A stretch of 64,000 nt of DNA from NCBI GenBank assembly GCA_028709215.1, contig JAQVXI010000002.1, positions 78,880 to 142,879 on the forward strand. Reading direction: 5' to 3'. Below are positions 45,334 to 52,889 of the stretch, piece by piece. A model generated the notes under the pieces. The model was not told where the DNA came from. It worked only from the letters and a program-made list of their open reading frames with translations, and did no database searches. Source of the DNA: Bacteroidales bacterium (GTDB lineage Bacteria; Bacteroidota; Bacteroidia; Bacteroidales; UBA1402). Within the stretch, counting starts at the first letter, position 1. Each line of letters begins with the position of its first letter. The position numbers and the translations under genes were made by a program.

Positions 45334-47761
45334 TGTCGTACCAATTCATTGTCCAGGAACGGATTAAAAGAGGAGCTCCTCCCATGTAGCGCAGCAGGAA
45401 ACCTCCGGCCGATCTCGGTTCAACGGACGTCTCCATGTGGAATGTTTGATATTGATTCGAAGCCTCTCTGACTTCAGCCATCAACAGATTGCCCGTGATC
45501 GACAGCGTAATGGAGCAATCGGGACGAAAACTTTTCAATACTTCCGGTGCACAAAGAGGCTGCATTTCTCCGCCTTTATAAGCCATCAATACGCCTTCGA
45601 TGGCATCGCTTTGTGCAGTCGTGCGAATCAGACGCAGTCCGTAGCCGGATTGCGTCGCTTCATCCCATTTGATGAGCAGATCCATATACATCCCTGCTCT
45701 GCTAAATCCTTGTCCAGCAGTTTTGAACGGATAGACATGCAGCCGCAGCCTACTGTTTCCGCATTGATCAAAACCCGGCTCAAAGCCGAGTATGGCACTG
45801 CGTCCTCTTGGCATCAAGCCGGTTTGGCCTTTGGCCCCATCCTGTCCGGTGCCGTAAAACCATGCATCCAAGTCAGAGGGGTGTTCCCAGTGATCCAATC
45901 TCCAAGATCCGGAAAGGACAAGCTTCTGATTTCGGGCGGACTGTTGGGAAAAGGTGGTTTTATATTCCAATGAATCGTTCGGTAAGAGCGGATAGGCAAT
46001 CGGTGCGCTCCGTAAGCGCCGACCGGCTCCGGCCTGGCTTCTGCTATCTGCCGGTTTTATTTCGGCTTCGATGCAATATCCGTGATCAAAGGGGCTTAGC
46101 GGATAGATTGGGCAGGGGCTGCCCGGTGAGGAGACACGTTGTTCCAATCGGAGGTTGTCCTGTGTTGGTGAAACGCGATGCCAACGTATGTCGGAAAAGT
46201 CTTTGCGTCTGCTGTTGAGCTGATACTTCAGCTCAATGCGTTGAAGCGGCGCGTTGTACTGAAGCGTGGGCTCTTGTAAGAAGTCGGGGGCCGGCAAGGT
46301 TCCAGCCCGTACCTCGATCAGACAGGCCGCCTCCAGGCCGTAAGCATCGATTATGCACAATTTGATTTGTTTTGTATCGTCTTCGGTATGTGTCGGTACG
46401 AGCAGACAGCGGCTACCGTCCACCGATGGCAGGAGCTGTAGGGAAGCGGAATCCTTGTGTTGGAGTATCCATACCGGATCCTTTGGAGGGATACGTTTGC
46501 CTCCGTATCCAAGGGCGGAAAGCTCCAGCCAGCAGCTGTCCCGGCCGGTTTCCAGTTGAATTCGTTCGGGAATGCATCGAAGTTGTACGGGTAGCTGCGT
46601 TAACGGCCTTTTTAATGCGATGGCTGCCTGTTCCGTTTGGTGTTTGAGATTCATAGGATCCCAACCATCCACACTTCCGGTCAGATTGTACAGATTGTAT
46701 TGTTTTTTTCCTTTCCATTCGTACTGATAAGCAAATCGAGCGGAAATCGCACTCAAATCAATGCCCTGTTCCGGATGTCTTGCGTCTATCTTGATGTTTT
46801 TGTTGTTCCACCGCACATTCATCTGATAGTTTCGTTCGTACGAGGGTACTTCGTCACGCCATGCCAAGGTGCTGTGTTCCGGTCCTGTAAATCGGGTGTC
46901 GATCAGTGCAACCGGACCTCCCGCTTTGGTGAAATATTGCTGTCCCGAAGTATGGCTTAGGATTTCGCAATCCAGAAAGACCGCTCCGGTACCTTCGGTT
47001 CTATAAAACGGTTTTGAGCTAAAGAACACAAAGCTGCATTGGTGATAGATGCCGGTTCCGCAGAGTGCATCATCCGTGCATTCGATGTGGCAACGATTGA
47101 ACAAGGCCCGGGTTGCGCCCACAAATGGGCAGGTGTTGAGTCGGCTGATGAAGCGACAATTATTGGCCACGACTCGATCCCCCTTGCAGTGTATGAGCTG
47201 GGCCTGTACGATGGTTGAACTGCGCTTTGTTCGGTTTAGGCTGGTATCCGGAGGGTAAACCAAATCGACGTTGCAATAGTTTCCAAACGTGAGGTTGTCC
47301 GTTCGAATCCCGTTGCCTGTTAAATGCAGTAACGTAAAGTTTCCTTCAGCTCCAAGCGTTTGCCCCCGATTGCATGCCAAAACCACGTGACTAGGATCGT
47401 GAGCCATCCCGTAAAGATGGAGGTATTCACAGGCGACCTCAAGTGCGTAGGGTGTGGTTCCGTTTTTGGGGCGTCTTTGTTTCGGATCTTCCGGGTCGTC
47501 CAACCAGTACACATAGGGTGCGATGAAAACACGCATCGGTCGCAGTTTGTTGCCGTGTTGTACCTGTTGTAAAGCCGTCTTAAGATCGTTGAAAACATAG
47601 GCATGAGCCGATGCTTCTTCATCCGACAAACGGCCGTCTACATAAAACGTCCACGGGTTCAACTGAGCTTGGATTTCCTCGTATGTGATCGGGATGGATT
47701 CGGCAGCCTGTACCATAGGCAGAAACAGGCAGTAGACCAGGAGTGCAAGACCTCGGTACAT
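45305..47761 (-). CDS. Secreted 818-aa protein: degenerate pectinesterase-like right-handed beta-helix, Ig-like domain, C-terminal lectin/LamG-like module
   Basis: Signal peptide MYRGLALLVYCLFLPMVQA|AE. IVQAQLIHCKGDRVVANNCRFISRLNTCPFVGATRALFNRCHIECTDDALCGTGIYHQCSF has the block spacing of the CE8 QAVAL..GDr..f..C.f.G.QDTL....R..f..C.I.G.vDFIFG motif, but QDT is not conserved. Function unknown. Confidence 0.7.
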   Translation of the reverse strand: MYRGLALLVYCLFLPMVQAAESIPITYEEIQAQLNPWTFYVDGRLSDEEASAHAYVFNDLKTALQQVQHGNKLRPMRVFIAPYVYWLDDPEDPKQRRPKNGTTPYALEVACEYLHLYGMAHDPSHVVLACNRGQTLGAEGNFTLLHLTGNGIRTDNLTFGNYCNVDLVYPPDTSLNRTKRSSTIVQAQLIHCKGDRVVANNCRFISRLNTCPFVGATRALFNRCHIECTDDALCGTGIYHQCSFVFFSSKPFYRTEGTGAVFLDCEILSHTSGQQYFTKAGGPVALIDTRFTGPEHSTLAWRDEVPSYERNYQMNVRWNNKNIKIDARHPEQGIDLSAISARFAYQYEWKGKKQYNLYNLTGSVDGWDPMNLKHQTEQAAIALKRPLTQLPVQLRCIPERIQLETGRDSCWLELSALGYGGKRIPPKDPVWILQHKDSASLQLLPSVDGSRCLLVPTHTEDDTKQIKLCIIDAYGLEAACLIEVRAGTLPAPDFLQEPTLQYNAPLQRIELKYQLNSRRKDFSDIRWHRVSPTQDNLRLEQRVSSPGSPCPIYPLSPFDHGYCIEAEIKPADSRSQAGAGRRLRSAPIAYPLLPNDSLEYKTTFSQQSARNQKLVLSGSWRLDHWEHPSDLDAWFYGTGQDGAKGQTGLMPRGRSAILGFEPGFDQCGNSRLRLHVYPFKTAGQGFSRAGMYMDLLIKWDEATQSGYGLRLIRTTAQSDAIEGVLMAYKGGEMQPLCAPEVLKSFRPDCSITLSITGNLLMAEVREASNQYQTFHMETSVEPRSAGGFLLRYMGGAPLLIRSWTMNWYDINDSTRTEH

Positions 47762-47767
47762 ATTGGA

Positions 47768-49294
47768 TTATTTTCGTTTGAACAACTGATAAAGATCCGT
47801 TCTACGGTCGTTTAAGTTGCGAACACTGCCACTTTTGTTGATTTCAACCAGCAAATCCATATCCACATCGACGACCAGAATCATTTCAGTATTGGGTGTC
47901 GCTTCTGCTTTGACCCCGTTTACGGGGAATGCAAAATCACAGGGAGTGAACACCATGGATTGAGCATATTGAATGTCCATGTTGTGTACTTTTGGCAGGT
48001 TGCCGACGCTGCCCGCAATGGCGACATAACATTCATTTTCGATGGCCCGTGCCTGTGCGCAATGCCGCACGCGAGAATAGCCGTTTTGCGTATCGGTCAG
48101 GAAGGGTACAAACAAAATGCGCATGCCTTCTTCTGCCAGTAAACGACTCAGTTCTGGAAATTCTACGTCGTAACAAATCAGGATGCCGATTTTGCCGCAA
48201 TCGGTATCGAAGGTTTTCAACTGTCTTCCTCCAACCAGACCCCACACTTTCTCTTCATCCGGTGTAATGTGCAGTTTTTCGAAGCGTTCTACCGATCCGT
48301 CCCGACGGCACAAATACCCGACGTTGTACAACTTTTCATCCTTGATTTCAGGCATGCTTCCCGTAATAATGTTGATGTTGTACGAAACAGAAAATTCAGA
48401 GAATTTGTCCACAATTCGATCGGTATAACCGGCCAGTTCCCGAATGGCATCGGGTTCAGAAAGGTGGTTGTAATCGGCCATTAAAGGCGCATTAAAGAAT
48501 TCCGGGAAAAGGGCGAAGTCACATCGATAGGCCGATACGGCATCGATAAAAAACTCAACTTGCTGAATCAGCTCGTCGAAATCTTTGTATAAACGCATCT
48601 GCCATTGAACCAGCCCCAGTCGCGCATAATTTTTGACTGAGATGGCGTTGTCGTTCGGTTCTTCGTAATAAATGTTATCCCAACGCAACAGTGCGGCATA
48701 TTCTCCGGAAGCCGTGTCACCAAGCAAATAGTTGCGTAAAATCCGAATGGGGTGGAAGTCGTTTGATAATTGAAAATTGAGTACCGGATCGTGTATTTCT
48801 TTTTCACGAACCTTTTGCAGGTACTCTTTGGGCGTCATTTTGTCCGCATATTCGTGGTAGTTGGGGATTCGACCACCAAATAAGATTCCTTTTAAGTTGA
48901 GGCGTTCGCAGAGATCTTTCCGGTAATCGTATAATCGTCTGCCCAGACGCAGCCCCCGAAATTCAGGGTGGATAAACACATCAATGCCGTATAAGAAATC
49001 GCCTTTTGCGCTGTGCGTACTAAAGGAGTAATCACCGGTGATTTCTTTGTAGGTGTGTTTCTTTTCAGCCATTTTCCCGTCAACGATGATGGAAAGCGCC
49101 GCACCGGCGATGTGTCCGTTCACCTTGACGACAATTTGTCCTTCCGGAAAAAGGGTGAGCAATTTGGCGATCTTCTCTTCTTTCCAGTAGGATTCCGGCA
49201 TGCCGGAATAGGAGGATATCATGGCCTCTTTAAATTCAGGGTAATCAGCCAGCTCCAGGAGACTCAGTTCTACGTTTTCTATGTTGGTTTTCAT
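47768..49294 (-). CDS. Bifunctional GNAT N-acetyltransferase / carbon-nitrogen hydrolase (nitrilase superfamily) fusion protein
   Basis: The N-terminal GNAT has the acetyl-CoA motif FIHPEFRGLRLGRRLY. The C-terminal CN-hydrolase has Glu (LFPEFFNAP), Lys (FEKLHITPDE) and Cys (GILICYDVEFPE) blocks. Confidence 0.85.
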   Translation of the reverse strand: MKTNIENVELSLLELADYPEFKEAMISSYSGMPESYWKEEKIAKLLTLFPEGQIVVKVNGHIAGAALSIIVDGKMAEKKHTYKEITGDYSFSTHSAKGDFLYGIDVFIHPEFRGLRLGRRLYDYRKDLCERLNLKGILFGGRIPNYHEYADKMTPKEYLQKVREKEIHDPVLNFQLSNDFHPIRILRNYLLGDTASGEYAALLRWDNIYYEEPNDNAISVKNYARLGLVQWQMRLYKDFDELIQQVEFFIDAVSAYRCDFALFPEFFNAPLMADYNHLSEPDAIRELAGYTDRIVDKFSEFSVSYNINIITGSMPEIKDEKLYNVGYLCRRDGSVERFEKLHITPDEEKVWGLVGGRQLKTFDTDCGKIGILICYDVEFPELSRLLAEEGMRILFVPFLTDTQNGYSRVRHCAQARAIENECYVAIAGSVGNLPKVHNMDIQYAQSMVFTPCDFAFPVNGVKAEATPNTEMILVVDVDMDLLVEINKSGSVRNLNDRRTDLYQLFKRK

Positions 49295-50045
49295 ACAAGC
49301 GATGTTTATTTATGGATGTAAAATACAACTGCAGATAGTCTAAGGCTTGTTGGTATGCAGCTTCCATGCTTTTGCCTAAAGCCAGTTGGCAGGCGATGGC
49401 TGTAGAGAGCGTGCAACCGGTGCCGTGTTGGTACGTCCAGTTTGATTTTGTATGCGTAAATATACGAACTTCTTGTGAATGAATGAGTGTATCTTGTACG
49501 GATTCCCCTTCGTAATGACCGCCTTTTAGTAGGATCGACGTCTGCCATTCGTTGCTTTTTTGCTGTGCTGTCCAAACGGCTTCTTTGTGTTGTGCAAAAT
49601 CTCTGCCGCAAAGCAGTTCGAATTCTTGACGATTGGGTGTAATCAATTGGCACAAAGGAAATAACTCCTGTTTCATTAAGGACCAGGCATCTGTATCCAG
49701 AAGCGGTGTTGCACGGCTGGAAAAAAGCACGGGGTCCAACACCACCGGGATGTCGGGATGCGCTTGAAGCAAGTCAATCGTCGTTTGTAGATGTATCCGG
49801 TTGCAAAGCGTCCCGATTTTGATGGCATCCACTCGAAAGTGATTCAAACAGGTGCTCAACTGTTGCGCAAACCATTCGTCCGGAACGGCGTGAACACGAT
49901 AAACATGCGTAAAGTCTTGAACGGTGATGCCGGTGAGAGCTGTCAGTGCCCAACAACCCAGATCACTGGCCACTTTGATGTCTTGTTGCATGCCGGCACC
50001 CGAACTGGAGTCGGATGCCGAGATACTCAATAGGCTTGGAATCAT
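49245..50045 (-). CDS. thiD: Hydroxymethylpyrimidine/phosphomethylpyrimidine kinase ThiD
   Basis: The start is taken at ATG 50045 (MIPSLLSISASDSSSGAGMQQDIKV...), which forms an ATGA overlap with the thiC stop; the track start 50093 is a non-ATG extension. It has the ribokinase-fold motifs LLKGGH and GTGCTLSTAIA. The last ~50 nt overlap the next gene. Confidence 0.85.
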   Translation of the reverse strand: MIPSLLSISASDSSSGAGMQQDIKVASDLGCWALTALTGITVQDFTHVYRVHAVPDEWFAQQLSTCLNHFRVDAIKIGTLCNRIHLQTTIDLLQAHPDIPVVLDPVLFSSRATPLLDTDAWSLMKQELFPLCQLITPNRQEFELLCGRDFAQHKEAVWTAQQKSNEWQTSILLKGGHYEGESVQDTLIHSQEVRIFTHTKSNWTYQHGTGCTLSTAIACQLALGKSMEAAYQQALDYLQLYFTSINKHRLYENQHRKRRTESPGAG

Positions 50046-51316
50046 AATCCTCGATCGTTCTTGACAGCACACAAGTTGCCACACATACTGCAATGGTCTT
50101 CATCGTTGCTTTCCGATTGAGTTTTGCGTTCCCGAGCCCGTATGGGATCGAGGGCTGCTTCGTACATGCCTTCCCAGTCCAAATCACGTCTGGCTTGAGA
50201 CATGCGACGATCCCGTTCCTTGTTTTTCGGATTGCCTTTGACCAAATCGGCACTGTGTGCAGCAATCCGACTCGCCATGACGCCTTCACGCACGTCGTCT
50301 GCATTGGGTAAACATAGGTGTTCGGCAGGCGTGACGTAGCACAAGAAATCAGCGCCATGAATGGCTGCCCATGTCCCTCCAATGGCCGATACGATGTGGT
50401 CGTAACCGGGGGCCGAATCCGTGACCAGAGGACCCAGCACATAAAAAGGTGCTTGATGACAGATTCGCTTCATCAGGCGCATGTTCGCTTCAATCTGATC
50501 CATCGGCATATGCCCGGGACCTTCCACCATAACTTGAACGCCTTTTGCCCGAGCCCGGTCAACCAAGCTGCCCAAGGTGAGCAATTCGGCGATTTGTCCC
50601 CGATCAGACGCATCCTCACCACAACCGGGACGGATACCATCACCAAGACTGATGGTGACATCGTATGTGTGGCAGATGTCCAATAAACGGTCGTACTGTT
50701 CGTATAAAGGGTTTTCTCGTTGGTTCTCCTGCATCCAACGTTTGAGTAAAGCACCCCCACGACTGACCAGACCGCACAATCGGGGATCCTCTTCCAAAAA
50801 ACCGAGGCTGTAGGACGTGATGCCTGCATGCAAGGTCATAAAATCAACTCCCATGGATGCCTGAAGCTCAATTTCTTCAAACAACATTTCCGGATCCAAT
50901 GCTGCAATGGGCTTCCCTTGTCTCAGTAGTTTGCATGCAACCGCATACAAGGGGACCGTTCCCACCATGACAGAGGATTCTTTGATGACTTGCTTGAGCT
51001 GCTGATGCAATTGGCCGGCCGTTGAAAGATCCATCACGGCATCGGCTCCAAAGCGAATGGCCAGGTGCATTTTTTCCAGTTCTTCCGTGGGATTGCAGTG
51101 TTTTTCGGATGTCCCGAAATTGGCATTCACTTTTGTGCTGAGTCCCAGTCCAATTCCTTTGGGCGAAAAGTTGTGATGTTTGTTTTTGGGAATGACAATG
51201 TGACCGGTAGCCATCTGTTGACGCAACCACTCAGGCGCAACCGATTCCTGCTCGGCCACAAAGATCATTTCCGGACTGATTTGTCCCAATCGTGCGATAT
51301 CTATTTGTGTACTCAT
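50042..51316 (-). CDS. thiC: Phosphomethylpyrimidine synthase ThiC (short form, 425 aa)
   Basis: The real start is ATG 51316 (MSTQIDIARLGQISPEM...); the 235-codon upstream extension in the track is an Arg/His/Ser-rich read-through across thiE. It has conserved ThiC blocks (TVPLY, DFMTLHAG, VMVEGPGH, LGPLVTD) and the C-terminal Fe-S motif CSMCGNLCA. Confidence 0.9.
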   Translation of the reverse strand: MSTQIDIARLGQISPEMIFVAEQESVAPEWLRQQMATGHIVIPKNKHHNFSPKGIGLGLSTKVNANFGTSEKHCNPTEELEKMHLAIRFGADAVMDLSTAGQLHQQLKQVIKESSVMVGTVPLYAVACKLLRQGKPIAALDPEMLFEEIELQASMGVDFMTLHAGITSYSLGFLEEDPRLCGLVSRGGALLKRWMQENQRENPLYEQYDRLLDICHTYDVTISLGDGIRPGCGEDASDRGQIAELLTLGSLVDRARAKGVQVMVEGPGHMPMDQIEANMRLMKRICHQAPFYVLGPLVTDSAPGYDHIVSAIGGTWAAIHGADFLCYVTPAEHLCLPNADDVREGVMASRIAAHSADLVKGNPKNKERDRRMSQARRDLDWEGMYEAALDPIRARERKTQSESNDEDHCSMCGNLCAVKNDRGL

Positions 51317-51933
51317 GTGTTGTTTGTGTGTTGAATTTTTTGATTCAGAAACCGGAGCCGTGCTTCGAAATCGGTCGTCTGCATCAAAAATCGTATAACG
51401 GAGACGTTTCTGGCACCGGCCTGAACGACCTCGTCGATGTTTTCGGGAAAAATTCCACCGATGGCTACCACCGGTCGATCGGAAAAGCTCAATACGGTTT
51501 TTAACGCTTCGCAACCCACGGGTGGATCCGGTTTGGCCTTTGCATTGGTGGGGAAAATGGGACCAAATCCGATGTATTCGGGTTTTTCCAACAGCGCTTT
51601 GCGTGCTTGTTCGATGGAATGGGTGGATAAGCCAATGGGCAGGTCGCCGACGATTTTTCGCGCTTCGGCAATGGGTAAATCGTCCTGCCCCAGATGCAAT
51701 ACATCCGCTTCGCATAGAAGCGCAAGGTCGGGTCTGTCGTTGATGACCAATCGAGTGCTGCTTCCCTTTGTGATGCTTTTTAGGGTTCTGCCCAACCGAA
51801 TGAGATCTCGATCGCTCATGTGCTTTTCGCGAAGTTGCAGCATGCGCACCCCCAGCTTGACACAGGATTCCGCAATGGCCGTATGACCCAGCAATGGCTG
51901 TGTCAAAATAACGTAGGTATTGTAATCGTCCAT
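51313..51933 (-). CDS. thiE: Thiamine-phosphate synthase ThiE
   Basis: 206 aa. VRMLQLREK, VINDRPDLA, ADVLHLGQDD, YIGFGPIFPT and VVAIGGI are present. It overlaps thiC by 4 nt and thi4 by 1 nt. Confidence 0.9.
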   Translation of the reverse strand: MDDYNTYVILTQPLLGHTAIAESCVKLGVRMLQLREKHMSDRDLIRLGRTLKSITKGSSTRLVINDRPDLALLCEADVLHLGQDDLPIAEARKIVGDLPIGLSTHSIEQARKALLEKPEYIGFGPIFPTNAKAKPDPPVGCEALKTVLSFSDRPVVAIGGIFPENIDEVVQAGARNVSVIRFLMQTTDFEARLRFLNQKIQHTNNT

Positions 51934-52703
51934 TATACCGTCGTTTGATCCAGGATGAGTTCAGCCACTTTTTTCCCCGAAAGCAACATGCCTCCAAAAA
52001 TGGGCCCCATTCGGAAACCACCGCTTACACCGTTGCTTGCCATACCACAGACGTACAATCCGGGATAGATCTCCTTGGTGTTTTCGACGGTTGTGCGTTC
52101 GGCTTCTTCAACCGAGAGCGAACGTTCACCAATGACCTTGCCTGTGCTGGTATTGAGTCGTACGTCATTTTTGCGTTCCAGCGTGCGCGCGATGTCACAA
52201 TCGTGTCCGGTGCCGTCGATGACGGCTTTTGCCATAATGACCAGTGGGTCGATGTGCATGCGTTCGCGTTGTACCGGTGCCCAGTTCAACACAATGCCGG
52301 CCACTTTTTGGTCTTGAAACACGACATCTTCGATGGTCGTATTGTTAAAAATACGTACACCGGCCTTGCTTGCGTGATAGATGAGTGAAGAAGTCGCCTG
52401 AACCGAATCCAGGGTGTAGTAATCTTCTTTGTAATGCGTGTACTCAATGCCAAATTCCTCCAGGATCGGTAAGGCAATGGATTGCACAATGATTTCATTA
52501 AACATCATGGCTCCGCCCCACATGCCACCACCGGGTGCATTCTTACGTTCGTACAAGGCCACACGAAGACCTTTTTTTGCCAAGTAATACGAGGCGACCA
52601 ATCCCGAAGGACCCCCACCTACAATGGCAACATCAACTTCAAGCGATGATTTGAGTTTGTTGAAAAAGGAATCGACAATTCCACTGGATACAAGTTGCTC
52701 CAT
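51933..52703 (-). CDS. thi4: Thi4-family thiazole synthase (ADP-thiazole synthase), His-type (non-Cys) active site
   Basis: The start is taken at ATG 52703 (MEQLVSSGIVDSFF...); the track start 52769 is a TTG inside the riboswitch. It has the FAD/NAD motif VDVAIVGGGPSGL, GGGMWGG, RMHIDPL, DGTGHD and YPGLYVCGMA..GGFRMGPIFGGMLLSGKK. Confidence 0.85.
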   Translation of the reverse strand: MEQLVSSGIVDSFFNKLKSSLEVDVAIVGGGPSGLVASYYLAKKGLRVALYERKNAPGGGMWGGAMMFNEIIVQSIALPILEEFGIEYTHYKEDYYTLDSVQATSSLIYHASKAGVRIFNNTTIEDVVFQDQKVAGIVLNWAPVQRERMHIDPLVIMAKAVIDGTGHDCDIARTLERKNDVRLNTSTGKVIGERSLSVEEAERTTVENTKEIYPGLYVCGMASNGVSGGFRMGPIFGGMLLSGKKVAELILDQTTV

Positions 52704-52733
52704 TTTACTGTTTTTTTTTTCGGTTAATACGAT

Positions 52734-52852
52734 CAAATAAACAGGGGGAGCAGATATGGCAGACGCCAAGTGTCCGATTCTTTCCTACGCAGGCATTATC
52801 CTGATCAGGTCGAGGGTATGATCTCAGCCGGTAACGGCACCCCTAGTTTATC
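52734..52852 (-). promoter_or_regulatory. TPP (THI-box) riboswitch in the thi4 leader
   Basis: The minus-strand RNA reads ...AAACUAGGGGUGCCGUUACCGGCUGAGAUCAUACCCUCGACCUGAUCAGGAUAAUGCCUGCGUAGGAAAG... This contains GGGGUGC, CUGAGA, ACCC, ACCUGAUC.GGAUAAUGCC.GCGUAGG. P5 carries a compensatory change (CAGG/CCUG versus consensus CUGG/CCAG). An A10 tract precedes the ATG. Confidence 0.9.
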
Positions 52853-52857
52853 TGCGA

Positions 52858-52865
52858 CAAAGTTA
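52858..52865 (-). promoter_or_regulatory. Candidate -7 box (TAACTTTG on the minus strand) driving the riboswitch and thi operon
   Basis: CAAAGTTA on the plus strand equals TAnnTTTG on the minus strand, a few nt upstream of the riboswitch 5' end. Confidence 0.45.
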
Positions 52866-52889
52866 GAATAAATTCGTAAAAAAAAACAC

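Noticed and set aside
45437-46218. Plus-strand ORFs of 178 and 136 aa (45437-45973 and 45808-46218) antisense to the 818-aa gene.
   Set aside because: Their composition is Arg/Ser/Cys/Gly-rich, they overlap each other and a better-supported minus-strand gene, and they have no recognisable motifs.
45305-47761. Compositional island or horizontal transfer of the 818-aa gene.
   Set aside because: My hand counts of 60-nt samples gave roughly 45-62% GC here, roughly 38-50% in two PUL samples and roughly 42-57% in two sprA samples. These samples are far too few and too variable. There are no flanking mobility genes, tRNA or direct repeats.
51317-52021. 235-codon in-frame N-terminal extension of the thiC ORF, overlapping all of thiE and the end of thi4.
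   Set aside because: The extension is Arg/His/Ser/Gly-rich with no ThiC similarity. ThiC homology begins at MSTQIDIARLG (ATG 51316), which overlaps the thiE stop in the usual coupled arrangement. The region simply lacks stops in several frames.
52711-52720. T10 homopolymer (A10 in the thi4 mRNA leader), considered as a slippage or phase-variation tract.
   Set aside because: It lies in the 5' UTR directly before the ATG, where Bacteroidota characteristically have A-rich leaders without a Shine-Dalgarno sequence. It is not within coding sequence or between promoter elements.
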